Source of the DNA: Haliotis cracherodii
Lineage: Eukaryota
Assembly (NCBI RefSeq): GCF_022045235.1
Contig: NW_027266297.1
Span: forward strand, 29,884,001-29,948,000
Length of the DNA: 64,000 nt
Direction: 5' to 3'
Shown: in pieces, positions 1 through 13,326 of the stretch
Numbering within the stretch: position 1 is the first letter of the stretch
Layout of the letters: every line of letters begins with the position of its first letter
Made by a program: the position numbers and the translations under genes
Notes under the pieces: model-generated
Told to the model about the DNA's origin: nothing
Database searches by the model: none
The model's input: the letters and a program-made list of their open reading frames with translations, nothing else

Positions 1-97
1 GAAGGAAGAGTGGTAAAGATCCTACCAGACTAGGGTGGGGAAGAGGTTTGAGAAGGAAGAGAGGTAACAGTGGTACCAAACTAGGGTGGGGAAGAGG
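1..97. repeat. Two ~51-bp purine-rich tandem units (probably the end of an array running off the window)
   Basis: gaaggaagag...ctagggtggggaagagg occurs at 1 and 52. Confidence 0.7.
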
Positions 98-2740
98 GCC
101 TCATTTAAAATGAAAAAGAATAGGTGTGTGATAGGCATTACCAGACAAAGGTTGGAAAAGAATTAAACAAGAAGGAGTATGGTAGTGGGTTCGGATTGCT
201 TGACAAGATATCATACGCTCAAATCAAAGAATTAGACAGCTTTTTGCAGTCAATTGTTGGAAGAAAACAAGAAAATTGGGATGCAGATATTAGTCCTGTT
301 TTGCACAGCAAGACAGACCACGTAAACAGCAGTAACAGCATGTTATATTTAGCAAATACCTTTAGCCATATGGAACTCAATCACAACAAAATGCTTTGGT
401 CTGCATGGAGTTTAAATATGGGGCTGTGTGAAAGCATTAGGCTTGTGAGGCTGATAATGCAATGCTATTAAACACACAAAATCAATACTTTTCATTTGCT
501 CTTGAAAAGGATGTTGTGTGTAGGCAAATCTTCATTCAGTAGGCAAGGTGCACTAATTGATAACAAACCTCAACAACACAAATCAATACTCGTCTAGCGC
601 ATTATTACCCAGGTCAAGACATTATAGGAAATATTCAATTCGTGTCTTCATTCTCCATAACTAGTAATAATTCACGTAGAATTTGCATCTTGAATTATTG
701 CAATTTTGTTTAGGTTGATTTTGGTGAGAATTCAACAAAGAAATCATGTAAATTCAGTGATTTGACAGTTGGAGTTGGGTGATCTATTTCATGTAGATTT
801 CAGTAGGGGACTGATCAATTTCAAACCCAGGTCTCATAGTCTCCTGATTAAAACCTATGTTCACGACTCTTGACATTAGCATGCCCATTGTGCTAATCCT
901 TTGCAAAGGCCTAAATGGATGTTTTGCCGATTTTTTCTGTACTCATTTCACATTCGAGTAATCTGACCGAAATGTCAGGAGGCGCCTGGATGAAATAAAC
1001 GTCTCCGTGGCACAGTGAGACTGAACATTGAAATGAACGTGGACGTATTTCTCACAAATCACCTTGCCGTCCACCGAACACCGAACATAGCAGGAAATGT
1101 GTGCTAAACTCCGACTGAGAAATAGTCAATTGAATGATGGGATAGTATTGATCCTCTACCGAGACCATGGTTAACGGACTTCGTGTTTTCTTGTCTGGCC
1201 TTCATGCGCATGTGTCCTTCCAGTGTCTTCATGCACATCTATTATGGAGTGTCTTGCCCACGATCGCCTACAATGCAAGTCGACTGCATGTGTGACCATA
1301 TGCTAATTTTACTACCACACTACGAAGGATAAAGCATACAAGTCCAAATTTTGTAGGAAGGACAAGTGTTTTTTTGTATTTGCAACTTGATCCTGCAACA
1401 TTTTCTCATTCATATTGGATTATTTTAGCCACAGGGAAGAAAGCAGTTTTACTCGTTGATTATTGATTGTAGTTTCCGGAACTATACGTTTAGGTTCTCG
1501 CGATCAAATTATTTTATGCCAGGATGTATTTTCTGATTTCTAACCTAGAAGGTGGCATAGGACTAATGTTCCAAAGTTATTGGATTCTTCAGGGAAATAT
1601 GCAAATCTAAGATTTTGGAATTGGAGAGTTTACAAAAATTTCCCTCATGTATTAAGAAGACCTTGAGATGGTGTCATTGTTAGATTCAGCAATAGTGCTC
1701 CCTATTTGAATTTTGATGACATGTGCTTGAACCAGTAGGCTGATCTATATATGCAGATTGTAATGTGAGAGATTTTCTGCTGCAGGATCATCTACATTTT
1801 GGTTTCGGAGCTTGCAGCTGAATTAGCACTTCAAGGGAACTTTTTTCCTGTTTCATGTTTAGGATTGTCGGTGATATTGAGAAAATAGTTCACAGATTAT
1901 TTCTATATTGAATATGAAATATTCAAACCCCTTTTGTAAATAGACAAGTACTAAATGTGTGTAATGAGAATTTGTTTGGAGGTGCAGCTTTGAATTTAAT
2001 AAAATTGACACTTTTGAGAATTATCTTCATGAATTTTATTGTTTTATTTGAAATAATGTTTTGTGATTATTATTTAACTTCTTTTTTTCAAACATATTCA
2101 GGCTTAAAATCGTCAATGAAACAGTAAGGTTGTGCCCAATTTCATTCTGTACAAAACCTGACAGTAAAATGATACTTTAATGAATATTTCCCTTATCTTT
2201 CAATAGCTTGATGAAATTGACATAAAATAACACCTTTTTATAGTTAATCATAGCTATCATGCACACAATCATACATGCCAATGACTAGAATACACACCTG
2301 GTCGTCTATTGCAGTCATGACAAGAGAAATTCAATATTTGTACTCAAGGTGTACTGGTGTTATTGACAAGATGCATACAATTAGTTCTATCCTTGATGGC
2401 TGGGGAGGACAGGAACGTGTCTTGGGAGATGTACATTTCAAAAGGAAGCATCTTCATGCATGTCTAGAAGGTATTGGTATTGGCTGGTTATGGTTTAGTG
2501 ATTAATGTCACGCTTGAGAACATCTGTCGTTGATATTGGGTGTTAATTTCAATGTGAAAGACATGTGTAAATGTTGCTTTTTTATGCTTAGTGAGTCAGG
2601 TTGTATGATGCTTTTAGCAAATCATTATGGCAGTGAGAAGAATTGGGTGTCACAAATTGTATCTTGTGTTTGTAAAAACTTGGTGATGAGCAAAGGGATT
2701 AATCACTATGCTAGACCACAACGTCTTACTGGAACATATT

Positions 2741-2970
2741 CCCGTAGGGATTCTGCAGTAGAATTGGTTCCCAGCAACCTATGCTGGTCGTCAAAGGTGA
2801 ATTAATGGATTGGATGGTTAGACTCCGTGACTAGGTTGATGTCGTGTCTACCCCGACCGTGTGGTTCGTCACTTACAATATCAATCGGTACATGGGTGGG
2901 TCAATCCTCTATGGTGGCACAATTCGCTGTGCATAGTTGTGTCCGTTGCTCAATTCAGAAACAAATGAAC
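2741..2970 (+). mobile_element. Family C retroposon, diverged subfamily-2 copy
   Basis: cccgtagggattc...agaattggttcccagcaacctatgctggtcgtcaaaggtga aligns to the family C 5' end; 3' boundary approximate. Confidence 0.7.
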
Positions 2971-4164
2971 GGCGTTTTCCTTCATAACAACAGGGTGCCA
3001 TAACCTAGTGAAAACTGTTACATTTTACACAGAATTACAGCAAACCCGATGAAGTGACTCATTTTCAATTTAGTATAATTAAAACAAGTGCAAATAAACA
3101 TCAACCCAAGACGAACCAGCATCGCGTTACTACTGTCATTAACGGCCGAAGATGTCCATTTCAGACTCGTACATTTCATTAGCAGCAATCTCTCCCTATC
3201 CTCATTTGGCAGTTTTTCATTAGATTTGAATTTAGTTTTGACAATTTTTGTCACAATTTGGCCCCCGAGGAGGTCGTTAAGGGATGTAGATATCCGTCAA
3301 TCAACCAGATCCCGGGAGAGACCAAGGGCGAGTGCTTATGTTCGCTAATGCATCGCTGGTCTCGGTGAAAGCATATTACTAGCTGTGCTCATGCAACGTG
3401 CGACTGGAATTTGAGTCTGGATCAGAGTAATTCTCAGTGGTAATTTTCACATCAGATTAGTTAGACCATCATCAGAAACACATCTGTGGAAGTAGATTAG
3501 GGTGTAGCGTTACAATGGAACAATATCGTATCATAATACTCCGTTGATACAAGGGATCAATGTGTATAGATCATGTCACAGAACACGATTGCCATTTAGG
3601 CATCATACTAGAGAACTTTGTTGTAGAGTAACCATTTTTTGTCCCTCTGGGGACAAAAATACATACACTGGCATTTAAAAAGTCACTCTGGTGTAATGAG
3701 GGGTCAAAATATTTTCAGTTCTTTTGACTTGTTAAGAAAATGGATGTTTTAAATAAATAATGTAAACCATAAACATTTGTGACACATTTGTCCTAGACAA
3801 ACTAGGTGGATGGAGAGTGAGTGGTCTCAGGAAAATTACTTTGCAGAGTGACATCCCTTTGCTTGACAGGATCTGCTGGATCAATGAACCATAGATAAGC
3901 CGTGATAATAATCCTTGGTCTGTGATCACTATATCTGTGCTCTTGGTGGTCAAAATATAACCGTCACCACTTTGTACTCTCCTGCTATGAGAAGCTAAGA
4001 GGCACAGATATAACTGATTTGGGATAGAAGCAGCGTTAATCCATCATTCATTTAAACGAAGGTGCCATGAAAGACTATAGTATCAGTGGTGTTCTTGGCC
4101 CTTGTTCACAAGGAACCCTCCCTCAACACCTCCCAACCCCCACCCATCCCAGGTGCCAAAAAAA

Positions 4165-4276
4165 TGGCATTAAAGGGATAAACTAAGGACTGGTCTCCTT
4201 GGAGTCTGTGTATGCTATGTCTGAGTTGGGTACATGTATACAATTGGCATTAATCAGGACTAGTACAAGCAGACAT
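4165..4276 (+). mobile_element. Family D (Meta-domain SINE) internal fragment
   Basis: ggcattaaaggg...aaggactggtc...ggagtc...tgtctgagttggg matches the body of 26918-27275. Confidence 0.65.
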
Positions 4277-4282
4277 TTTGAT

Positions 4283-4387
4283 TTGATTCCCCACATAGGT
4301 ATAAAGTATGAAGCCCATTTTTGGTGTTTCCTCCTACGATATTACTGAAATATACTTAAAGTGGCATAAACCCCCAACTCACTCATT
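4283..4387 (+). mobile_element. Family A SINE, 5'-truncated and diverged
   Basis: gattccccacataggt...gaagcccattt...gtggcataaacccccaactcactca. Confidence 0.75.
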
Positions 4388-6326
4388 CCACAGATTCAAA
4401 TTATGGCAATTCAAATTCAATATAAATTCAAAATGATAATATTTAAATCTTATTTTGTATTTTCATAAAGTGTGTATCAAAATTGTATAAGGTTTGCGAT
4501 GTCTGTGTGAAGTTTAATGCATCTATCTATGAATGGGAATTTTTTATGTCCATTTGATCAGATTGGTACTGGTACTACCAAATGTGTAACTGTAGAAACA
4601 TGTATTTGAAAGATTGAGATAGAAGAACTAAAATTTGAAAATACGTTTTTAAACAAAAAAATGTTTTGCCTCTATACAACACATGTATATTCATATTTTG
4701 AAATATGAATACTTTTTTTGTGATGAATTATCCTGTTGACTAGCTTATATCAAGATCTTAAATAATTGTGACATTCCAATAAATACCATGCTGTTTCATA
4801 AGTCATAACACTTCCTGTTTTGCTTTCAATTTAATTTACTGAGCAGCAATGGAAAGTCTGTTTTCATTCATGCAAATATAATTCAAATTTTCAAATCTAC
4901 AAGAAAAAATAGTTAAAAATTCCCCGAACTATATAAACCTCCCAGATATATACATCTGTCATGAGACCAGCACAGGCAGAAGGGATGTTTGTCCTGCACT
5001 GGAGTTTCATAGTTACAAGCCCCATGGGATAAACAGCTAGAAAAAAATGGCACAGAAGCTGTTTAAACATCCCAGAATCTTGTAAGGGACGAAATCTGAT
5101 CATTTTGCTCTTTGCAATATGTAGGTAAAATGTATACAAAGTTCCATGCCAAAGACAGCCCCCAGATGTGACAAACGTCCTTGCAGCGATAACATCATTT
5201 CCATCCCAAACCGAGTTTAAACAGCTGCATGGCTTTCACTTTAAAGAATGTTGGAGGCTGACAGTTGGGAGGATGAAGCTCATGTAACTCTAAACCGGGC
5301 CAGATTTTACTTATATAGAAACTTACCCTGAAAAACGTTCCTCAGCTGGAAGAGGAATATGTGCCTGTCCTCAACGCCATATTTGGTAATGTGTCCTCGC
5401 CAGCGAAATTGACAAAGAAAATTGATGGACAGAATTGATACCAAAGTGATAGTTGGTGCGGATGCATGTTTTAAAGTAAACATTCTTTGAAATAATTCCT
5501 TTTTTTTTAATTCTGCATTGGAAGGAATTTGGGAAAGTTTTATCAAAATTGTTTGAAATGGGGATGGTTTTTTTAAGATGTAGCAAAGAATCTTGAAAAC
5601 AGAACAAAGTAATGTATTAACCGAGTGTTAAACATTTATGTCTAAATATTCAGGATTTTAATGTTTGGTTGATGGAGAGAAATGTGGTGTCTAAGTTGGT
5701 TTATGTAATGTTTATAAAGCAGAGGGCTCAGTTTCTTTCAAAAGATGTCTAAAGTTTAAAGACGATCACTCCTGAGTGAGAGGAAAGAGTAGAGGATAGG
5801 TGAAATGTCCCAAGTTTATCGTGGGAAAAAAGCATCATGGTACATATATATGCTCCTCATGGTAAAATCATAAAAAATCAAAGGGGAAAAAAGTCATTAT
5901 GATATGCATGCAAAATGGGGATGGAGGTGAGAGGGGAGGGGGAGACTACCAATGACGCTGACATCGACTTTAGTAACTGAGATGATGAAGCTGGTACATA
6001 CACAGAGGATGGAGTTTGTTTGCAAACAGAATTTAGAAGTGGGTGTGTTTGAATGGCATTTTGAGGGGAAGGGGGGATTGAGTGGTGACAAGTTATTGAT
6101 GTGGTCTAGGAGTAGGAATGTATGAGAAATAAGATTGTTGACCTGAACTAAAATTGAAAATTATTTTTGATGGGTTGGGTATGAGGTAGGTGGGTGGTTG
6201 GGTGATAGTTATTGATGGGATGTATGGAGGTGTTGGATGGGATCGAGGATTTAGGCTTGGGTGGGTTGATGGTTGAGGTAAATGGTGGTATCAGACAAAA
6301 GTTGGGTTCGGGTATAGAATCTAGGA

Positions 6327-6570
6327 GACCTGTGAACATCTGGGTTGAGAATTGGTCTTCTGCACCCATGCTTGTCGTAAGAGTTGACAAATGGGATCAG
6401 GTGGTCAGGTTTGCTGACTTGGCTGATGCATGTCATCGTATCCCAACTGCATGGATCGATGCTCATGATGTCAATCACTGGATTGTCTATCCTGACAAGA
6501 TCATTTACAGACTGTCGCTTAGCTGGAATATTGTTGAGTTCAGCGTAAAAAAACAAACAAACAAACAAAC
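6327..6570 (+). mobile_element. Family C retroposon, full length, (AAAC)n tail
   Basis: TSD AATCTAGGA at 6318-6326 and 6571-6579; homologous to 30761 and 62414; no A/B box seen. Confidence 0.92.
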
Positions 6571-6775
6571 AATCTAGGATGTGAGCTTAGACTTTAGGTA
6601 AGGAACCAGGGTTAGATATAGGTAAAGGTGGGTGTAGGGTATTGAATCTAGCATGTGGCATTTCTAGCTAGAGTCTAGATGGAAGGAATTAGGACTGTTG
6701 TGGTTAGAAACAACAGCATGATCTATAACTAGGCTGTATGGTGGTGTGAGAGACTACAGGGCTTGATAGGGTTCA

Positions 6776-7284
6776 TGGGTGGCCCTGTCACCTAAAGCAC
6801 CAAAGTTTACTATACAATTCCCTTAAATAGGTTCAAATATCATTTAACCCTGATTATGTTTCTAGTTTTGTCAGCGCTATACCCATGCTTGTAGTTGTCT
6901 AAGACGCCGCGATTCACTGTGCAGAGTACGTTGCGTCCCTTGGGCACGCCAGAAACCTATGACTGTGGGTTCGAATCCCCGTTCGCCCCGATTATGTTTC
7001 TAGGTTTGTCAGCACAATACCCGAGCTCGTGGGTTTCACCGAAGAGGTAAACATCTGAGACCTGCATCACTTCGGGCTTTCCTCCCACATTAAGCTGACA
7101 CGCAGTGATATAACTGGAATGCTGTTAAAAGCGGAGTTAAACCGTACACACTCACACTCACACGTGTAGGTTTCACCAAAGTGGTAAACATCTAAGACCT
7201 GCATCACTTCGGGATTTACTCCCACATGAAACTGACACACCCTAAATAAAATACTGCTGAACCAAACTTACTCACTCGCTCACT
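6776..7284 (+). mobile_element. Family B V-domain SINE, older copy split by a younger copy of the same family
   Basis: 6776-6894 and 7165-7284 join into one continuous diverged family B sequence ending in actcactc. Confidence 0.8.
6895..7164 (+). mobile_element. Family B V-domain SINE, nested copy truncated at the A box
   Basis: High identity to the reverse complement of 19948-20228; B box ggttcgaatcc; flanked by TGTAG (6890-6894, 7165-7169). Confidence 0.9.
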
Positions 7285-7578
7285 GGAGGAGATTGTAAAC
7301 AGTTGCTGGTTGACAGACTACAGAACTCGGTTGATTGGCACTGAATGGAGAGATGAGAGAGCATGGGTATGGGAACACTGATGGTCAGGAATATGGATCT
7401 GGAATATGGATTTCTGGGCCAGATTAGGGCTACGGAACAAATCACATTGATTATGGCTTCCTTGAATGTGGAAAAATAGTTCATACTTTTTTACTCCAAA
7501 TGTAAAATTGGAAATTGATGCTGATCTGTTGAAATTGACATATTTGAATGTTCCCATTCCCTATTACATGTCTGATTT

Positions 7579-7740
7579 GGGACGGTGAGAAACCTAGTGG
7601 TTAAAGTGTTCGCTCGTCACACCGAAAACCCGGGTTCGATTCTCGACATGGTTACAATGTGTAAAGCCCATTTCTGGTGTCCCCTGCCGTGATATTGCTG
7701 GAATATTGCTAAAAGAGGCATAAAACCATATTCACTCACT
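7579..7740 (+). mobile_element. Family A tRNA(Asp-like)-derived SINE
   Basis: A-box-like acctagtggttaa, B box ggttcgattc, shared tail, tcactcact end; candidate TSD TCTGATTT (7571-7578, 7744-7751). Confidence 0.9.
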
Positions 7741-8629
7741 GTATCTGATTTAAGTATCAATGATAAAGGGAGATTTGAAATTTAGCGGAAATTGAGAATA
7801 TCATCTTTTCTGTTTGACATTCATTGACCATAGATGACTGATAAATTTGAAATGTACAAGCATACTCCATGTCGACCCACTTTCAGACATCTGAATGTTT
7901 ATACAAGAAGCAGGCTTCATCTGATGACTAACATGCATCTTATTTCTGGTAGATATAAAATATTTTTAAATATTTTTTCAAGCATACCATCATTGGCCAT
8001 ATGTGACACATAGCCAGGTGCTGGTTGGAAAGGAACAGCAACAGGAAGCTCTGCGGCTTGTCAATTTCAATACATTTCAGAATGCAATATAAAACCCTTG
8101 CTCTTTTCCCCCTCCTTATTGCCTGTGTACTGGCACTCTTATCAGCGAGGGCCATGTGTATTTCGGTGTAATATACACACTGTTTGTTACCCCAGTGTTC
8201 AGGAAATGAAAGGTGAAGAGATGCTAGGCTCTGAGATACAGCCACGTTGATAACACAAACAATGTCGTAGATAACATGTATGTTTCAGGGTCTTATAGAT
8301 TATTTCTGCCAATTACTTATCTCAAATGAATGCTTTTGTTATTTCTATTGGATGCTTAATTAATGAAATAAGGAATTTGGTAACTGTGTTGTGAGCCAAT
8401 TTCAGGGTTCCGGATGTGTGTTTTTGATAAAGTCAATCATGAATTGTGTCTGGTTATGATTAATATTTTGTTTTGATTCTCGGGGGACTGGACAAAACCT
8501 GTCGGGTTTTAACATGGCTAATAAATCAATTTGGAGTGCAAGTACAAATAGGTTAGATCATCTTAAATTAACTGAGTGAGTTAAAATTTGACATGACATC
8601 AGTGTAGCTTCAGCCATTTAGTTCTGGGA

Positions 8630-9790
8630 AGAATTAAAGAATGAGTGAATGAGTGAGTAAAGGAATGAATGAGTGTAGGAGTGAATGAACGAGTGTGTGA
8701 AGTAATGCATGAATGAGTGTAGGAGTGAGTGAATGAGTGAAGTAATGCATGAATGAGTGTAGGAGTGAGTGAATGAGTGAGTGAAGTAATGCATGAATGA
8801 GTGTAGGAGTGAGTGAATGAGTGAAGTAATGCATGAATGAGTGTAGGAGTGAGTGAATGAGTGAGTGAAGTAATGCATGAATGAGTGTAGGAGTGAGTGA
8901 ATGAGTGAAGTAATGCATGAATGAGTGTAGGAGTGAGTGAATGAGTGAGTGAAGTAATGCATGAATGAGTGTAGGAGTGAGTGAATGAGTGAGTGCATGA
9001 ATGAGTGTAATAGTGACTGAATAGTGAGTGAATGAATCAGCAAGTGAAGGAATGAATAAATGAATGTAGGAGTGAATGAATGAGTGAAGTAATGCATGAA
9101 TGAGTGTAGGAGTGAATGAATGAGTGAGTGAAGTAATGCATGAATGAGTGTAGGAGTGAGTGAATGAGTGAGTGCATGAATGAGTGTAATAGTGACTGAA
9201 TAGTGAGTGAATGAATCAGCAAGTGAAGTAATGCATGAATGAGTGTAGGAGTGAGTGAATGAGTGAGTGAAGTAATGCATGAATGAGTGTAGGAGTGAGT
9301 GAATGAGTGAGTGCATGAATGAGTGTAATAGTGACTGAATAGTGAGTGAATGAATCAGCAAGTGAAGGAATGAATAAATGAATGTAGGAGTGAATGAATG
9401 AGTGAAGTAATGCATGAATGAGTGTAGGAGTGAATGAATGAGTGAGTGAAGTAATGCATGAATGAGTGTAGGAGTGAATGAATGAGTGAGTGCATGAATG
9501 AGTGTAATAGTGACTGAATGAGTGAGTGAATGAATCAGCAAGTGAAGGAATGAATAAATGAATGTAGGAGTGAATGAATGAGTGTAGGAGTGAATGAATG
9601 AGTGAGTGAAGTAATGCATGAATGAGTGCAGGAGTGAATGAATGAGTGAGTGAGTGAATAAGTGAAGGAATGCATGAATGAGTGTAATAGTGAGTGAGTG
9701 AGTGAGTGAATCAGTGAGTGTCGGACTAAGTGAAGGAGGGATTGAATGAATGAATCAGATAGTGTCGGAGTGTGTGAAGGCGTGAGTGAA
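8630..9790. repeat. Complex (GAGT/GAAT)-based minisatellite with alternating 40/44-bp units and larger duplicated blocks
   Basis: agtaatgcat recurs at 8701, 8741, 8785, 8825, 8869, 8909, 8953. Confidence 0.95.
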
Positions 9791-10704
9791 AGAGGGAAGG
9801 AGGGGGAGTTTGGCTCCACATATACTAATGATAGTTCAGGCAGTAAGCAAGTACCAGTGTCTTACTTATATTTAGTCAAGATTTATCTATGGTGCTCTGT
9901 CAATTTTGATAATAGCCAATGGGTTGTCTTGGTATTTATATACGAACTCATTTCCTTCATTTCAAAAGTTATCACCTGACCACTTTAAGAAAACCAGGAC
10001 AACTGCCAATCAAAAGTTGATCAAGAGCAGATAGCATGCATTGAAATCATTGGTAATGTATGAAAATAGTATGATGACAAGTGTGATTAATGGTTTGTAT
10101 TGCAATCAATAAATCAAATTTCAGTGTTTTTCCATGTTTTAAGCGATCAATACATCAATACGGGCCCCATTAACTAGTGGTCACAGTGTGAGGTAATAAA
10201 TCATTAGCAGAAAAACAGTAGTGACCACATGGTGAAATATACACCAGCCTGTCAGTCACACACTGACATAGTTGTCATTATCACTGTGGAAATCTCCAGG
10301 AGTTGGAGGCATAGAGAGGTGGGTCAGACTAGCTGAAGAGCATATTTAACCCTGAATTACATTACACTTTGGGGGATATGTGAAATAGGCAACTGCTGTG
10401 GTAAATAGACAAGCACATATTTCAAATCATGCTTTCTGATTTTCATATTAGTTATTGTTTCAGCAGGTCTGACTAAGGATCTGATTACCCTGAAATAAGA
10501 CGCCTTGGAATTAACGAGTCAGATATGTCAGAATGACATTTGCTTGTAGTTTTAGTCATTTGCATAACTTGATGCGAATCGTTCCTGGCAGAGAGTGATT
10601 GTCGGACCTGAAATGTAAATCGCTTTTGCTGAAATCAACGTGTTAATGAAACATCTCACTATTGTAAAGGCAAACAAGATGTTCAATGCAAAGATTTGAA
10701 TTTG

Positions 10705-11170
10705 GCTCTCATTATCTCAAAGGTTCTGATCCCCAAATGCCAAAATCCTGATCCCTTTCTTTTAATGTTTTAGACCCCTTATCTAAAAATCTTAGTCCCC
10801 TGTTGACAAAGTCTCACCCCACTTATCTCAAAGTTATAAGGATAGCCTAGTGGTTAAAGCAATCGCTCCACACACCGAAGACCCGGGTTCGATTCCCGAC
10901 ATGGGTACAAAGTGTGAAGCCCATTTCCGGTGTCCCCCGCCGTGATATTGCTGGAATATTGCTAAAAGTGGTGTTAAACCATACTCACTCACTCACTCAC
11001 TCACTCACTCACTCACTCACTCACTTATCTGAATGCTTTGGCCCCTTATGTCAAAGTCTTGGTCCCCTTCTCTCAGTGTCATAGCCCCTTTATCTCAAAT
11101 TCTAAGTCCCCTTGTATCGAAGTCTTGTCCACATTTCTCAAAGTCTAGACCATTATCTCAAGACTTTGAG
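10705..11170. repeat. Degenerate ~26-bp tandem repeat (ccccttatctcaaagt core)
   Basis: Recurrent cccc-ttatctcaaag motif, interrupted by a SINE. Confidence 0.65.
10840..11024 (+). mobile_element. Family A SINE with long (ACTC)n tail
   Basis: tagcctagtgg A box, ggttcgattccc B box, shared tail, (actc)~11. Confidence 0.95.
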
Positions 11171-12136
11171 ACAACCATCAGTTTGAGATAAAGGTGCTAT
11201 GTGAATAAGGAGGCACAGTTTGGTCCTTATGATAACACAGAGATAGTAAATAATATAAGAGTTATGAAGTACATACTGTTAATGTTTCGTGATTGTGGTT
11301 TTGAATCGATACCCCATCTTCCATCTCCTGATATAAATGTGCTTCATTACTTCCGTGGTATACGACAGCCTGTTAGCTAATATTGTGGAATTTGGTGCCG
11401 ACAGACCAAGTATAATACATACTCAATTTTTAGATTCGAACCCCAGACTGTTACAACGCATAGCATGACTGTTAACAGTAATTCTGTTTTAACTTTTGCA
11501 TATTTATCTTAACTCCCTAAATTTTTTAAGTTTTTACAAATAAATTCATACTTCACACTTTTTCCCAAAGATAAAAAATCCCAGTGTTGTTTTATGCTTG
11601 CTATGGCGTCCTGTTCTTTCACTGATCTTTATCGTTTTACAATAGTGTGATGTTTGAGATGTCCCTTAGGAACACCAAAGAACTTTGACATCATGCAAGA
11701 CCCTGCAGATGTACCGTTATATCATAAATGTCAAAACTCCTTTGAATATCAATTCAGGAATTAAATACCCCAGCCAACACTGTTTCATCCCCTTGTACAT
11801 TTCTTTAACAAACATGTTGCTTCAAGCCCCCAGCATGTCTATTCCCCTACCGACTTGTCTATTGCACCACCCATCATGCCGATCCACCTGGTCGTGAAAT
11901 TGACGTCAAAGGAGGTGTGAACAGCCTTGTTCATTGCACTTTCATGTCTGTTTCCCCAGACACTCAGTCAGTTTTTACTGCGGTCAATTTGAAACACGTA
12001 GTTGTCAGCGCAGCATCAACTGAAGGGCGGCCAGTTTAGCATGTTTTAAGATCTCTGTGTATCAAGCATATTTCCTTATAACTTTATTCATTTTGTTTCA
12101 GTTCATATTTTTCATAGACTGATGTCATAAAGGTTA

Positions 12137-12330
12137 TAGTAGCCTGTCTCGCAGTCTCTGAAAAATGTTACCTTCCTTTCCATACCTAATTGAAGCAAGT
12201 CTAGATTTTTTACAGATTCTGAATTTCTCACCTTATTGGGGCTCCTTTTCGATTTAAATGGAGTTGGTTTCTATGAAAGTTATATATTTTAAGAAACTAA
12301 ACGTTAGTCTAAGGTTACAGAAACAGCTTG
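12137..12330 (+). repeat. Dispersed repeat family F, diverged copy
   Basis: gcaagtctagatt...gggctccttt...gttagtctaa shared with 38960 and 61832. Confidence 0.55.
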
Positions 12331-12433
12331 CATTTAGTCGTATATTTGACTTCTTTTTCAGTTACACAACTGTAACATGTTTCTTAGTGCTCAAAGCAGT
12401 AAGCAATCACTGACTCACTCAGCCCTGGAAATA

Positions 12434-12584
12434 GTGAGTGAGTGAGTATGGTTTTACGCCGCTTTTAGCAATATTCCAGCATTATCAGAAATGGGCTTCA
12501 CACAATGTACCCATGTCGGGAATCGAACCCAGGTCTTCGGCGTGAAGAGCGAACGCTTTAACCACCAGGCTACCCGACTGCCCC
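12434..12584 (-). mobile_element. Family A SINE, both ends intact, small internal deletion
   Basis: Perfect 12-bp TSD GCCCTGGAAATA (12422-12433, 12585-12596); A and B boxes on the minus strand. Confidence 0.95.
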
Positions 12585-12756
12585 GCCCTGGAAATAAAAA
12601 AAGGCACACTTGCTCAAAAAGCTTTGCAGACCAGTATGGAAGGTCTTGAAGGAAGCTTACTGAACATCAGTACCAACCTAACTGAGTACTGACTTCATGT
12701 CCAATCTTCATCCCCATCAATGTATTGCACTCATTTGCATCATGCATCATGTATCA

Positions 12757-12908
12757 GGGGTGGTGGGGTAGCCTAGTGGTTACAGCATTCCCTCGTCACA
12801 CTAAAAAACGGGTTCAATTCCCATCATGGGTACAATGTGTGAAGCCCATTTCTGGTATCATCTGCCGTCATATTGCTGGAATATTGCTAAAAGCGATGTA
12901 AAACCGTA
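12757..12908 (+). mobile_element. Family A SINE lacking microsatellite tail
   Basis: ggggtggtggggtagcctagtggtt...ggttcaattccc...gctggaatattgctaaaagcg. Confidence 0.9.
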
Positions 12909-12934
12909 CCCTGCCCCACACAGAAGCACATGTT

Positions 12935-13153
12935 GACTTTGACTTTGTTCGAAATGTGCCTCTGTTCAACCAGCAGTGAACAGGTACCTGGTGGGATGAA
13001 ATGGCATTGTGGTTGTTAACCTTCTAGCGCCTAACAGGCAGCATGGGTGGTATACTCCCCAGGGAGCTGAGAATGATTCTTGAGTGCATATTGATCCAGT
13101 GACTGGGGTAATAATAGCGCTTTGAGCGTGCTCCTGAGTGGTGTGGAAATATG
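12935..13153 (+). mobile_element. Family E SINE fragment (CORE-like domain), runs into the gap
   Basis: tgcctctgttcaaccagcagtgaacaggtacctgg...atactccccagggagctgag...agcgctttgagc; homologous to 33340-33550. Confidence 0.7.
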
Positions 13154-13326
13154 NNNNNNNNNNNNNNNNNNNNNNNNNNNNNNNNNNNNNNNNNNNNNNN
13201 NNNNNNNNNNNNNNNNNNNNNNNNNNNNNNNNNNNNNNNNNNNNNNNNNNNNNNNNNNNNNNNNNNNNNNNNNNNNNNNNNNNNNNNNNNNNNNNNNNNN
13301 NNNNNNNNNNNNNNNNNNNNNNNNNN
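13154..13326. other. Assembly gap (173 N)
   Basis: Run of n. Confidence 1.

Noticed and set aside
124-471. 115-aa ORF and other short ORFs of 60-150 aa
   Set aside because: No recognisable motifs; expected by chance in 64 kb; several overlap SINEs
2991-3267. Possible hAT-like MITE (cagggtgcca ... tggcccccg)
   Set aside because: Weak TIR match and no 8-bp TSD; probably a transposon relic, but not definable
3636-3659. Perfect hairpin TTTTTGTCCC-TCTG-GGGACAAAAA resembling a bacterial terminator
   Set aside because: Eukaryotic intron-like context; likely a transposon remnant
8618-9619. 333-aa His/Ser/Leu-rich ORF
   Set aside because: Translation of the GAGT/GAAT satellite; no domain or splice support
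10840-10912. tRNA-Asp-like genes (here and in other family A, B and D heads)
   Set aside because: No acceptor stem or oligo-T terminator; they continue into SINE bodies and tails, many with TSDs
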